Positions 13,261 through 26,858 of a stretch of 64,000 nucleotides of DNA are shown one piece after another; within the stretch, counting starts at the first letter, position 1; the number at the start of each line of letters is the position of its first letter. The DNA lies in the NCBI GenBank assembly GCA_040954595.2, contig CM082579.2, positions 13,021,834 to 13,085,833 of the forward strand. The letters are read 5' to 3'. Position numbers and translations under genes: made by a program. The notes under the pieces are model-generated. The model was not told the DNA's origin. It did not search any database and saw only the letters and a list, made by a program, of their open reading frames with translations. This DNA comes from Balanoglossus misakiensis (taxonomy: Eukaryota; Animalia; Hemichordata).

Positions 13261-15893
13261 CCCCACGGTGTCTAACACATTTGACACATTTGAAGCCTAT
13301 TGTTTGCCGTTGTTTGCCGAGGTGGACAAGACATCAAAGGGACATGCCGCGTTGCTAGTCTGTTTTTTCTCTTTGTCTGTGGTTAGACATGTCTTGGTGC
13401 CAGTAGATTGCTGGATAAATTCAGAATGTGTGCAAAGAGACATGTACATCATCTGATCTGCTTGGCCTCTATATACTTGTATATGTTAACTTCCAAACCA
13501 ACCGATTCTTGTAGGCCAATCAGAGCACACCGTGAGGTTAGATTGTAAGCAGTCTAACTGCACAAATTCATTTTGCAAGCAAGCCTGTTTTAATTTATGC
13601 CACATAACAAAATCCCTACCTTCAATAGTTTCAAGTGAGTGTATTCTCGTACATGAAAACTCATTCAGTGCAGTGTTTCCTTCTAATTGTTTCAAACCTG
13701 CGCACACATATACAGTATCTAAAAATCAACAGTATTCTGCTACATGAAAGCTCATTCAGTGCAATGATTCAATTGCTCATCTGAGCTTCAGAAATCTTTG
13801 GGTACAACACTGTCCACTAGCAGTGTAACCATCTGAAAATTAACATAAATTTTTAATTTTAAGTTGATACAGAGATTGGTTGCAAACAACATTCTCCAGA
13901 AGTCTTTGAATGCATCCCATTCTTAAAGTTATAAAATCGAGTTGATATACTGGTAATAGCAATTACCCCCCCCCCCCCCCCCCATATTGGCTTTGAAACC
14001 GGGGTGTGTGTCTCGGTCCCCCCTGCCTAAGTTTCGGTGGCAGGGTAAAACCATACTTATGCGCCCCCCACCACGAAATCCCCGCTTACCCCCCTCCAAT
14101 GATCATATTTTACACCAATAGGGATATAGTTTTAAAGAATGGCGAATCACTGTGAATAACTGAAGTATAAAAAGATAACAGAAGCGCACATTTTGTTGTT
14201 TATGGAACATACAGCGTAATTGGCTGGGAGGCTTCATGTATCAGTAATTTGACGCTAATCAAACTAATCTTTAACGAAAGTCGCTGATCGAAGAAAGTAC
14301 ATTTGTAGCAATGTGTGTGACATGAATACAGTTGAATTCAATTTTTGGAACAATACTGAGAAAATTGTCAATCATAACAGATACTGGAGCTTTTACAATA
14401 ATATTTGTTCACTTTATTTCTTGCTATTTCTCCCTTTTTATTATTTGCATTTGATCAGTAATCAATTTATTCAGCTATTCAATTTTTATCATAAATTAAT
14501 TGTGTCCAGAAAATATGTAACTTTGTCCCCGTACAAGAAATTGCTTCCTGCACCCCTGAAAAAGTAAGAATGTGCAAATCTAAGAAATAAAATATCATTA
14601 AGGAAATTCTACTTTTTGGTGCATTTAATCTCTTTTATTCAGTACTGTCTTTATGAAATTACATTCTCTAGTGAGAGCAGAGCAGAGACACAGGAGAACA
14701 GAACTTTTGTCTCTCTTTTCGAGCGTCCACATCGCTTCATGTATTGCTGTGGCGTTAAAGTCGGCTGTTACAATAACATTGATTGTGTAACAACGAACTA
14801 CTAATTCTCACCAATATTCATAAGCTTTTCCATGCCATCGTGTTTACGCCAATGAAAACGGCACTGGCATTCGGATTGGTAGATCATACGGCGGAGTTGG
14901 TATTCCCTGGAGAAATTCGTTGTCGAGAATAGCTGATCTTGGTATTGGGAACATAGTCGAATCATGGATTTTTATAACAGCGGTATGCCATCGAAGCGTG
15001 CTCTATAGAAATATGTTTTGTCGGCACTGCAAAACCTGCCCGACACAAGTCCGACATTTGGCCGTCGTGCATTACCATGATAAACATGACAAGGCAAAGT
15101 TGTGAAAAACCGACTTTGTCATCTCAAAAAACCTGCCGGTGTACATGATGCAGAATTCCGGCATGCCAGTCGAAACATTCCCGGTACCTTTTTGTTGATG
15201 GCAAATACCGTTTGCCACACGAAATTTCGACATGTCATTTGTGAAGTCACAACAGACCTGGCTGTATGATGCGACAATCTACGACAAGAATCACGTGGTT
15301 GTCAGTTGCATTTAAATTTTTATTCGTAATCTGCTCTTTAAAAACTGTACATCATGTTCTGACAGACTTCACCTTTACCAGAAAATGCATTTAGTTAAAT
15401 CGTATAGATTTTCGAAGTTCTAAGTATCAATCACAATTCGGGAATAATGCATGGTTGTCTCTATACATGGTTTCTATATATCTACCCAGTGCCCGTCTGT
15501 AGCCAAAACCACTTAACTGTGCAACCCGGTCAGGCATTTTTTTTCTATCAAACACAAACAAAAATCTATTCATGGATGCGTCAATGAAGCACGCCAAAAC
15601 AGGATCCCAACCAATCACAACGATGTACTATTTCTGGCCATGTTACACCGATGTTTTTACGTGATATGGCGGCAGATGTATGACCTGTCATACTGTCCCT
15701 ACGTTCCAACAAGTCAGCTACTGACCGGAAAATTAATTTTTTGGTGAAAAAACATTTTATTGTTTATATTGTTTAACGTTAAAATTTTACTCTGTCTCTG
15801 GGCATGCAAGCCTTACCCTATGTGCAGCGCAATTATTAGCATGCTTGTCGCACATCACCAATCAAGTAGGCCTAGCTATAGGTTGGCATTATA

Positions 15894-15985
15894 TGCAATA
15901 ATTGAAGCATTGGTGGCCTAGTTGGGTGGCTAGAAGGTGGGCCATCCAGCCACCCAACCAGCCCAACAAGGCTACAATTATTGCA
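15894..15985. repeat. 92-bp imperfect palindrome (small MITE-like hairpin)
   Basis: TGCAATAATTGAAGCATTGGTGGCCTAGTTGGGTGGCT pairs with AGCCACCCAACCAGCCCAACAAGGCTACAATTATTGCA. Confidence 0.7.
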
Positions 15986-16053
15986 GCTAGACAGGCATGG
16001 AATGTAAGGCTAATTGAATTCAATTACTCAGAATGACTATCCTCGAATCGTAT

Positions 16054-17361
16054 AGAACAACGCAATTCGCTGATCGCGGTTTCGGCGGTCAAATCATAGA
16101 AAGCTCGTACAGCAATTTTGTAACCAATCCAATAAGGGACCGTTCAGTTTTTACGGCTGGGGGGGGGGTGGCAAGTTTGTGTCATCGGTTTTCAAAATCA
16201 GGCCAACCCCCCCTTCACCCAGGACCAAAAAAATGACGACCCCCCCTTTGACAGGCCTAACAATATGATGACCCCCCTCTCCGAAAACATTCGGCGTCAT
16301 GATCCTATGTACACTGTATGCAATAAAGGGAATGAGGCTCCTCAACACGTCAATTATAATTTTCTTAAAGTAATTGAAGTATATAATAGTATATCGTTGC
16401 AATAAAGAAATCTATGAATAAATTAAAATGACAAGTCAATACAGTAGTTGGTAGGATTGGTAAAACAAGAAAAGTGTCGGGGTTGGGCGTGGGAGGGGGT
16501 GTCCCCCTCCCACATAAGAAAATTTTGTAAAATACGGTGCTCAAAGTTGCATTTTAATGAACTCAAAAGCAAATTAACTCAATGTTAGGGAGGAATTTTT
16601 TTTTTAATTTTGCCACTCCACTCAAAGTAAGTATCGGGGATGGGGTGGCAAGAAGCGTGCCCTGGTACACTAGACAAACCAGCGAATAAATGCAATGTGG
16701 TGAAGAACAACGCAATTCGCTGATCACGGTTTCGGCGGTCAAATCATAGAAAGCTCGTAGAGCAATTTTGTAACCAATCCAATAAGGGACCGTTCAGTTT
16801 TTACGGCTGGGGGGGGGGGGTTGCAAGTTTGTGTCATCGGTTTTCAAAATCAGGCCAACCCCCCCTTCACCCAGGACCAAAAAAATGACGACCCCCCCCC
16901 CTTTGACAGGCCTAACAATATGATGACCCCCCTCTCCGAAAACATTCGGCGTCATGATCCTATGTACACTGTATGCAATAAAGGGAATGAGGCTCCTCAA
17001 CATGTCAATTATAATTTTCTTAAAGTAATTGAAGTATATAATAGTATATCGTTGCAATAAAGAAATTTATGAATAAATTAAAATGACAAGTCAATACAGT
17101 AGTTGGTAGGATTGGTAAAACAAGAAAAGTGTCGGGGTTGGGCATGGGAGGGGGTGTCCCCCTCCCACATAAGAACATTTTGTAAAATACGGTGCTCAAA
17201 GTTGCATTTTAATGAACTCAAAAGCAAATTAACTCAATGTTAGAGAGGAATTTTTTTTTAATTTTGCCACTCCACTCAAAGTAAGCATCGGGGATGGGGT
17301 GGCAAGAAGCGTGCCCTGGTACATTAGACAAACCAGCGAATAAATGCAATGTGGTGAAGAA
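16054..17361 (+). repeat. Recent 2 x ~650-bp tandem duplication containing the left end of a PIF/Harbinger-like element
   Basis: Units start AGAACAACGCAATTCGC at 16054 and 16704, with AGAA microhomology at the junctions. TAA|GGGACCGTTCAGTTTTTACGGC terminus at 16136 and 16786. Internal ~220-bp subrepeats continue to ~17610. Confidence 0.88.
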
Positions 17362-17610
17362 TGGAGGGGGTGTCCCCCTCCCACATGATAATTTTTTTGT
17401 AAAATACGGTGATCAAAGTTGCATTTTAACGAACTCAAAGGCATATTAACTCAATGTTGGCGAGGACAAATTTTAATTTTGACACTCCACTCAAAGTAAG
17501 CATCGGTGGGGTGGGGTGGCAAGTAGTCTGCCCTGGTACACTAGACAAACCAGCCAATAAATGAAATGTGGCGAAGAATGAAGTGGGTGGGTTCGGGAGG
17601 GGGTGTCCCA

Positions 17611-18032
17611 AATCTGATTAAAATCAGATGTAGGGAACGGCGACGTGGTTTTTTTATGCTGTCGCCTCACACTACATCTGACCAACTCTCACTGGAGCTC
17701 CCGTTGAAATCGACGGGATTTACTGGGCGAATAAACCAATCAGAAGGCGCCTTATAGCAAACGATAGGCATCCCACAATCACATGACCTGGTCCCTTGGG
17801 TTGTTACCATGGAGCTACCACAATCTGATTAAAATCAGATGTAGGGAACGGCGAATTGCTTTTTATGCTGTCGCCTCACACTACATCTGACCAACTCTCA
17901 ATGGGGATCCCGCTGAACTCTACGAGATTTACTGGGAATATAAACCAATCAGAAGGCGCCTTATAGCAAATGATAGGCAACCCACAATCACATGACCTGG
18001 CCCCTTGCGGTTGTTACCATGGAGCTACCACA
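17611..18032 (+). repeat. 2 x 211-bp tandem module with hairpins, CCAAT box and CACATG E-box
   Basis: Units begin AATCTGATTAAAATCAGATGTAGG at 17611 and 17822. Each has TCAGATGTAG...CTACATCTGA and GGCGA...TCGCC stems, AACCAATCAG and TCACATGA. Confidence 0.85.
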
Positions 18033-19016
18033 GACATATATCCCGGGCGCGAGAGTCGAATCAGCGTGGGGAATGGTTTCGAGCCAGTTCAGCGTGACGA
18101 CTGAACCTCTATATTCCACCGGTCAACGAAATGTATAAGACGTGGCAACAAGTCGCAGTAAAATTGTTAGAGAATCGATTACATTTGTGTAAGGCCGTCC
18201 CAGGGAGAGATTCTGTCGCCACGATCGTTTGTATACACCAGAGTGTACCGACCGACTGCACAGTGCACTGACTTGACTAGCTCTGCGTGCAGGTATGTGT
18301 GTTCCCGGCGTTACACGGACTTTAGAAGAAGTTAAACGCATCATATTTGGGGTCGGTTGAAGTAGTAAGGGAAAGGATTTTGCTTCGATAAAATCGAATT
18401 TCGACAGAAAAAGCTGCGGTTGGGCGTCCGGGTCCGGACCGCAGGCGCACCAGTTTTGTCTATGGGGCCTTATGCAGGGCTGTGGTGCGTCGGGAACACA
18501 CAGAACGCGGAGCTATGACTTGACATTCCTTAGCCGAAGTTAGTGTTCTTTTTAAAAATCTGTCACATAAATTGTTTTGGGATACATGGCAGTGAAATTT
18601 GGTTTATTTTTTATAAACTTTTACATGAAGTACGTCATTTTCCCCGACTGGCAGCGTGACTACGAGGGCGAACATGACGACTTGTTAGGAGAGCGCCAGG
18701 CTTATAAATTCCGGCAAACATTATTTGGGCGATACCATTTTGTGGTAGGTATCACTACACGCCAGTCATGCAAACATGCACTGACTGGCCTTCGGATTAC
18801 TACTACGGTCTCACTTGTTGCAAAAACGAACGGTTTTAGCCGGTAAGCACCGATGGATTAACTCTTAAATCTATCCTGCGCCCAAACGCGCTCCAGTCGG
18901 TTTGGTCATTGTTTATGCAAAAGGAAATGCAAAATGTAGCAGAAGCTTCATATAACATAATATAGAATACACAAACAGACAGACAAAGAAACAAGCAAAC
19001 AAACAAACAAAAGTTA

Positions 19017-19270
19017 GGGACTGTTCAGATTTTACTTCCAGGGTGGGGCCGGAGGATTTTTTATTTTCCTGGTGATTGTTTTTTCCATGGACGTACCCCC
19101 AGTAAATTGTCGAGGAAATCTGTTGTACCCCGTAAATTTCCTGGGGTTTTCCATGTTCCCCCCAAAAGGATTGTGATTTTTATGTCTATTCCTCCCTAAT
19201 TGTTCTTGGAGAAAATGGGCGGTCCCTCCTGAAAATCCTCCGCCCCCGGAAGTAAATCCTGAACAGTCCC
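19017..19270. mobile_element. PIF/Harbinger-like MITE
   Basis: TTA|GGGACTGTTCAGATTTTACTTCC ... GGAAGTAAATCCTGAACAGTCCC. The right TSD is not conserved. Confidence 0.72.
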
Positions 19271-21287
19271 AGCTAGCACCCTTGGTTCACTGCCAGAGGA
19301 GCGACAGCATCAACAAAATGCAGATACACAAGAAATAAGCAGTATATTCCACAAGTGAAGAATCCCAGTTACAGACGTTACGAACAAACAAACTACCAAC
19401 AACAAAGCTGGTCTCTGTTACCCAGTCGCCTTTGCAAAGGCATCTGGATAACCAAGACTACAACAAAGCAAGAAAAGGGTCAAGCGTCGTCAAAGAAAAC
19501 GTAAAAAATCCAGCATGGGTGGTAAAAGTTATTGGTATAAAACGAATAGGGCCTTCTAGAAATGACGTCTCAGACCCGCAAATGCCACCAGAGCACAAAA
19601 CACATGTACAGTATAAGCCGGTTGTTGTGTGGAGCAGCAATAATCTGCGGTTGGGCCGTCGTAGATTTTCGCTGGTGGTGAAAATAAAATAAAAAACGCG
19701 ATCAAGGCTCAATTTTATTCCGGATCACATGCGGTTACGGCCAGAAGACAGCATCAAAGTCTTCAAATTACCATGTGGTGGCGCACTTTTTTCGATTGGC
19801 TGTATTTCAATTTGTCCCTGGTAAATTTAATTTTTGCAGGTGACTGGCACGGAAACTCTTAGCAAGGTTGAGGTAGGAAGGAAAAATGCCCCATTGACTC
19901 ATTTTGGCTATTTTAAAATATGCAGTTTCATGGGGATGGACTACTCGACTATCCCTGAGGGGTCTGGAAAATTGAGACTAGGGTGGACTTTTTACCAGGT
20001 GTCTCCGTAAAATAGATTTTTATTTCATAACCCAAAAATGAGGTGATGTTCTCACCTGCTTTTCCCCCGACGATTTTTTCATGTCTTCTTGAGATCAAAA
20101 CACTACATGAAACACTACATATACATTTTGTGAGTTGTCTTTTTCGTTTTATGTTGGCATAAATTCAATCAGAATGTTTAATTCCTGTATTGTAAAAAGC
20201 TTGGGTTTTATGTTTCAGTTGCAGAGTGCTTAAATTTGGACAATATGCTCGACTTGCGTGGCAATTCTGCAAATATATTTGAATTATTCTTTGGGATCCC
20301 CATCTATATTGTTTAATGCAATGAGTTGCGACCGTCATTGGTTTGGACATGAGTTTGTTGTTTGCTGTTTGGTTGGTCATGGAGCAACAGTCATGGAGCA
20401 ACACGTAACATTGCCTGGGGTGTTCAATTCTGTAAATGTCATGCGATAGTTGCATGTACCCGAGTCTAGTGAAACATCGTTTTTGGCGATGTGGATTTCA
20501 TTATTGCGTGACTGTGCGGTTGGTCTCGGTTCGTTCCTGTCAGACAGCCCAACAAGGACATACGCTTGACGTGCCTTAAAGGTATACGGTAACCTATGCA
20601 AATTTAGCTACAGTTACCATGGCAAATTGAGATAGAGCCAATGACAGATATTCAGGAGGTGGCACACGCGACAATAAGAGCGCCACCATTTGTTCTTTAG
20701 AACACTAGGATACGCAAGTTTAGCCATTTATGGACATATGCAAATTGGAGGGGATCGGGTATTAAGTTGTAGACTTTGTCCGACATCGTCCGGTCATCAC
20801 GGCTGAAATATTCCCTTTGCGCATTGCTTATAGATATTTTAGGTCGACCCCGGTGTAGTCTACTCTAATAGAAATGAAGAAAGTAAATATAAGATTACCG
20901 CCCGAAGTCTCAAACGTGAAAGCCATTTCAGTGGCACTAGTGTGGATAAACATTTAATCCGTGTATACTTCATGAAACTGAATCAGATAACTTTTATTCA
21001 AACCAAATAAATGAAACATATGAAGAGAGGCCTATCTTGATTAAACACATAAATATGATATTTTATCATATTAGGTAACTCAATATTTTACACTTGACGT
21101 ATTTTACCAGTAACACAATGTTTCAGCGAACCCGTCAGGAGCAACTTTAGCAGAATACATTTCCTTGATTTACGTTACATGGTCTTAATTCGAGAGACAT
21201 TTCTCAATAAAATCAAAAGTCACAGTTCATATTTTTTGTAGAAACGGTCCAATTTGTCGAGTGCGCACTGACAAGACATGCGTCGTG

Positions 21288-21434
21288 CATAGACCACTAC
21301 GCGGATAGGTATCTGCAATGCATGATGGTATAATTCGCGTTCAACATAGCGTCTAGTGCATGGCTAACGCACGCGCTCAGAACGCAAACTGTCCCACAAC
21401 ACCCTGCGTTATGCTATCCGCGAAGTGGTCCATG
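21288..21434. mobile_element. 147-bp MITE with CATRG termini
   Basis: 21-bp TIR CATAGACCACTACGCGGATAG / CTATCCGCGAAGTGGTCCATG (2 mismatches). No clear TSD. Confidence 0.65.
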
Positions 21435-22421
21435 GCAGTGACAACAATTCCTATAGAGCAGTTAAGAAATAAACCGGCCGGCCGTAAATTCATTGGCTGT
21501 ATTTTTTGTATTTATTTGATTTGAAAGGTCGCGTTTTCCCTGTTGCATGCTATTAGTGCAGGGCCAGTTTCAGCAGTGCTCTATTGAGTACTTTCGTATC
21601 GATGGATTGAGCTCTCGTCCAATCAGAATGGCGGATGGTAGCATGATCTGACATATTGCGTATTGCAATAGGCCTTCCCCAGATAGGTCAGAACGGAGAG
21701 GTCATTCCCCTCAGCTTCTTTGTCTTTTCTCTTATTTTTTGACAAATGCGGATTGACGTTCCGTTTCTACATGGCCAGGACTGATATTTATTTACGTTTC
21801 ATAGCGTAAGCGCTTGCTATTCGTTTCGCAATTGGTTTCGTAGTACAAACAAATTGAAGAAGACAAAATATATTATCTATGTCCCTAATGAGATAATCGG
21901 TTACATAATCGCACTTCCAAAGAACACCGTGACAGAATTCATCAGTTGGCGAGGCGCATTCTCCACCCGCACACAAACGTTGCACTGCATACTTTGACTA
22001 ATTAGTATGCGAAAGCAAGATTCTGATTGAGTAGTAACTAATTTGCATAATTGACGAGCAGGTGCTGCCTCGTTCTCGTACCACTGACCGTTGCATTTGA
22101 AAAATCATTGCAGCTTCGACGTTCATCAAGCATGGAGGTCCCGGTCGCCTCCATGCTTGATGATGTCGTTTCTCTGGTAAGCATGGCATTTACTGTAATT
22201 TTACAAATACATGTACACTCCTTCTTGCAAAAACTGGTAGTGGTAGGGCGACAGTGTCTTCCCAACATCGAAATTCTGACTTTGGGAAGCGTTACAGCGC
22301 CGAACAGTAAACTCACAGTCGCATGGAATTTGTGCGTTGTTTTACACCGTGCGAGTAAATTGTACGTCGTTCGTGGCCTCGAGTCAGCTTTGTCATTGTG
22401 GGGCAGGTGGTACCGTTACAC

Positions 22422-22819
22422 CACAGGGGGCTCTCCCTCCGCAATTTTATTGTGTGTTTGTTTGTTATTGTTGATTGGCATAATAAACAAATACATTTTT
22501 TGTCAATAAATATGGTTTGTTGACATGTAAGGGTTAGGTTATTAGGGTATATTTGACAGGTTATGGTATATTCAACGGTTAGGATTAGTGTTGACATTTT
22601 TGAGATCCACGGCCAGCATCACCCTCTCTTTGTGGCTTAGTGATGCCCCGGGCCGTGGATCGAAAAAAGTGCCAACACTAATGCTAACCGTTGAATATTC
22701 CCTAACACTTACATGTCAACAAACCATATTTATTAATAAAGAAATATGTTTTTGTTTATAATGCCAATCATCAACAACAACAAACAAACAATAAAATCGC
22801 GGAGGGAGAGCCCCCTGTG
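22422..22819. mobile_element. 398-bp foldback MITE with CA..TG termini and 7-bp TSD (P-like)
   Basis: CACAGGGGGCTCTCCCTCCGC ... GCGGAGGGAGAGCCCCCTGTG with long pairing arms. Flanks GTTACAC / GTAACAC. Confidence 0.82.
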
Positions 22820-23022
22820 GTAACACATTACAGTATAACTTTTAAGGCAAAGCGATAGCGAATAAACTGACCAGAATTAGTTTTGTTGTTGGGGAGATTT
22901 TTGGCACCATCGAGACTGTTATAAGCTACCAGTGTCAGCTATGGCATAGCTGTTAACACTCAGCCCTGCCACGCAGAGCTACTATGACTGGTTACTAACT
23001 TCTATGTCTATTTGATTCACAG

Positions 23023-23097
23023 ATGCTGCCTGAAACTGTCTGCGTTTCAACTCGGGATACTCTTCCTCGTCCGAGGCGAGTTTAAGACCGCTCAATG
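23023..23097 (+). other. Predicted spliced exon, cassette A1 (75 nt, probably non-coding)
   Basis: TACTAAC branch point at 22993-22999, TTTGATTCACAG acceptor, G|GTAAGC donor. Confidence 0.6.
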
Positions 23098-23662
23098 GTA
23101 AGCATGACTTGCTATATATTTGCTTTTATCACGCGTTGCAAACGGTACAATAGGAAGCAGTGTATGTCTACGAACTAATTTACACATTCCAGCTTTCAAT
23201 ACTTGTTTTTCCCCTTCGAATTCTGGCCTTGATTGCCTGTGATATGGTAGTGGTGACATGAATTAAATGGACAACTTCAAGTTCAAATCTTCACATGGAA
23301 CATAAAATAAATTTAGATGTATTTCCTTAACCATATAGCTAAAATTACTCCCATACCAATACACAGGGAGATACCGTAGCTTTGGCTGAACATGCACTAG
23401 TCCAACACCATGCTTAATCAAACTGGCTAAGAGATATATTATCATATTAGACGCATGAAGGACAGTAATGTTGTTTAAAGTGACATAAAACAATAATTTA
23501 GGCCAGAAAGAAAAATGAAAATCATGACACAAACAGGCTGGATATTTTTTCTGACCCTATATTATACCATATTTTGCATATTTTCACTATTTAGTATTGC
23601 CCACATAATTCTAAAGCAAGGTTGATTGGTTACTTATTAATATGCATATATTTGATTCACAG

Positions 23663-23735
23663 TCTTAAACACAGCATTTCAACGTATGCCGGAGGAGAGA
23701 GAGAATACCTAGGCCTGATCCAAGACCGCTTTCCG
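23663..23735 (+). other. Predicted spliced exon, cassette B1 (73 nt)
   Basis: TTTGATTCACAG acceptor and CCG|GTAAGC donor. Paralogous to A1 at its 3' end (AAGACCGCT). Confidence 0.55.
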
Positions 23736-26700
23736 GTAAGCACAACTTGCTGTATACATGCTCCATAGCTTGTTTGTAAAGGCTACCTTTTCCCATCAAA
23801 TAGTGAAATCGCCCTTTCAAAATTATGGTGGTGGCAAGCCACAACTGGTTATCATGAAGAGTTGGACACCACTAATAATCATTTTAATATTTTCAGATTG
23901 GTAACCTTTATGTACCACTATCCTCAACAATTTCAGTCAACAAGATTTATATTTCGCTGTATAGCAAGGCCGAGCAAATATGACTGATTGATAGGGATTT
24001 ATCTGAAAATATGACAAAATCAACAAATACAGAATAATAAGTCACCAAACATGTATCATGTTTTATTCGAGGGAACCTGAGCAGGGTCCCATAAACCTGC
24101 CAACCCATGCTAGCCATGACTTTACAAATGTTTCCGTCATACTATGCAGAAAATTCTGGCTGCTTTAAATAGGTTTTCACTTTGCACTAGGGGGTCAAAT
24201 CTCATTGCATTCTGGGCGAAAAGTTCACAACCAACTGTAGTAAGAGATAGAAGAAATGATATGTTTACTGTATTTCATGACTTCCTTTGGTCAAACATGT
24301 CTGTCTCTGTAGTTAGCATATTAAACCCATTGAACTGTTTTTCACATTTTGTTATTTTTTCTGTTAAAAAGTTCCAGAATGACCCATCATCACTTTAGCA
24401 TATGAACTCCCATTTCTTTAACATGGCAAAAATCGGCCATCTTGAAATTGTCGACCGTATAAGATTTTCATCACTCACTTAGGGTAGCTTAAAACGTATT
24501 TCAGGGGAGAATTGTATAGGCATGACTTGGTCTGTAAATTTGATGAAATACCTACCTGCAAATTGTTCACAAGCAGCTGACTGTACTGAAAGACTGGAAG
24601 TTATGTGTACTTATTTTACATATTCAATATTTGTAATTAGACCCTGTCATGTATATCTTGGGGATTGCTCGACCGCAATGTCTCTGCTGGTACAATGTCC
24701 CTTTATCATGTAATATGGAAGTAATTGTAAGTGTGTGTGGCATTTGTAAATTATTTACAATTTATAAATTATTTCGAAGTTTCTTCATTCTCAAATTGCT
24801 TGCCCAACTGCATTAAAATTTAAATTTTGGTATGATTTTGAGTAGGCTTTCTGTTTCAAAATTATTTTCTACACTTTTTGAAATTTTTTGGTAAAATGAT
24901 TTTCCATGGAAAATGTGATTTCCCTGTAATTCGGTTGACAGGATTTTCACCAGATCTCAAAATCATGAAGTACATGTATCAGAATTGCATCGCCCCCCCC
25001 CCCCCCCACCCCAAAAAAAAAAATTCTAGTCACCCTTGGCATGTAATATTAGCCATTGATCTGGGAAAGTTACAAAAATGTGTTGTCCAAGCACGTTGAA
25101 GGTACAAGTGGTTTTTACACTAGCTATGAAGGCATTTTATTAAAATTATTAGGTCCCGTTTGGTATATGTATTTACACCATGGGACCTTACAGGATCAAT
25201 TGCACCTGTATGTATGGATGTCTGTATGGATGTTTGTCTGTATGCCCATCAACATCAAACATTTGGAAACTACTGGCGTGTGACCTTGATATTTAGTGTG
25301 GAGATGCAGGCAAGGCAGTAGGTGGGAGTTTGTCTTAATGAAGTTGTCATTGCCAAAATATGCAAATGAGCTGGGAAAGTGTCAAATTTGTCAAAACTCA
25401 GGAACTCAAAAACTACTGGGTAAATTGCTTTAAAATTGAAAATTGATATGCATGTACCTTATGTTAACCTCACACAGCCCTTTATGTTGTCAGCTTATGT
25501 GAATTTCCAATGTTTATGCATTTTTTGTCTCCACATTATCGGTAAAAATTCTACTTTTCTGGAATTGATCAGCTGACTTGTTTGAAATTTAGTATGAAGC
25601 TTCGCAGGTGATCTGAGTTACCATAGTTTTGATTAAAGTGTTGCAAAATTTGTGTATTTTAATTGTGTAGCAATTTTTAGGTCCCATGGCATTTGGTTTG
25701 TGTATATATATATGTACGATTGGGACCTTATAGAATGACTTGCATCTGTATGTATGGATGAACGGATGAAAACTGCTGCGTATATCACTTCCATATTTAG
25801 TGTGTAGATGAAGGCGGGGCTGTAGATGGGATTTTGTTCAAATGAGGTTGCCATTGCCAAAAGTATTACCTGTGAAAATGTGAAATTGGTCAAAAGTCAG
25901 AAACTCAACAACCACTGGTCAGATTGATCTGAAAACTTGTATGTCAATGAACCCCATACAGTCCTGTATGCTTTGAGCTAATATTATGAATTTTCTAATG
26001 TTTATTAATTTTTTTTTCCACATTATTGGTAAAAAAAACTTCACTTCTGAAAGCGATAGTCCGACTCCTTCGAAATTAAGTATGAAGCTTCCTATAGGTG
26101 GTCCAAGTTTCCATAGTTTTTGTTCAGATTGTTGTAAAATAGGCATATTTATAATTTTGAGCAATTATGCCAATTTTGGTCAGAATGCTTTGCAATTTGG
26201 TAGGCAGATTCCCAGGGGTAACCCAAGTAAGATGTCTTAAAAATGGTTAAAACTTCATCTTTGTCTTATTTGGAGATATTTTATGCAATCTTTGTCAAAA
26301 ACTGTTTTCTCTGAAAACGTTCAAACCGTTGTCTGATTGCTTTGAACTTTGGCAGGAATGTTCCTTGTAGTGATTGAAGTAAGATGGTGTACAATTATAG
26401 TGATTTTTGCATATTTGTGTTTTTGCCACTTTTGAACAAATGTGTTTTTCTTTGAAACTGCTTTTTTGATGGCTTTGAAATATGGTAGGAAAATTCCTAG
26501 GGGTAACCCAAATTTTTTTTCTGATTGCTTTAGAAGTTGGTTTACAATTTCATAACACATGTACCTGTATGTGCGACTTTTATTAAAGTCTGGTTTTTAA
26601 TATTTAGGTAGTTTTGTTGTAAATTCTTTGTTTTTGGATAGCAAATCTTCTCTTGAACCAATTGCCCAGTTTCTTTGAAAGTTACTGTTAACAAGGTGAG

Positions 26701-26783
26701 TTGGTACACCCAACTTAGACTTTTACATCCAACTTAGAGCTACTATGACTGGTTACTAACTTCTAGGTCTATTTGATTCTCAG

Positions 26784-26858
26784 ATACTGCCTGAGATTGC
26801 CTGCATTTCAACTCAGGATTCTCTTCCTCATCTGGGGCGAGTTTAAGACCGCCCAATG
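26784..26858 (+). other. Predicted spliced exon, cassette A2 (75 nt)
   Basis: TACTAAC, TTTGATTCTCAG acceptor and G|GTAAGC donor. Paralog of A1. Confidence 0.6.

Noticed and set aside
19770-20695. Convergent CTCF-like words (CCATGTGGTGGCGC at ~19771; reverse CAAATGGTGGCGC at ~20680)
   Set aside because: These are partial matches only and cannot be distinguished from chance or TE-internal sequence without a PWM scan or ChIP data.
23023-26858. Conserved in-frame TGA in exons A1/A2 (phase 1) as selenocysteine
   Set aside because: The paralog A3 has CAT at this position and is frameshifted, the B exons contain TAA/TAG stops, and I saw no SECIS.
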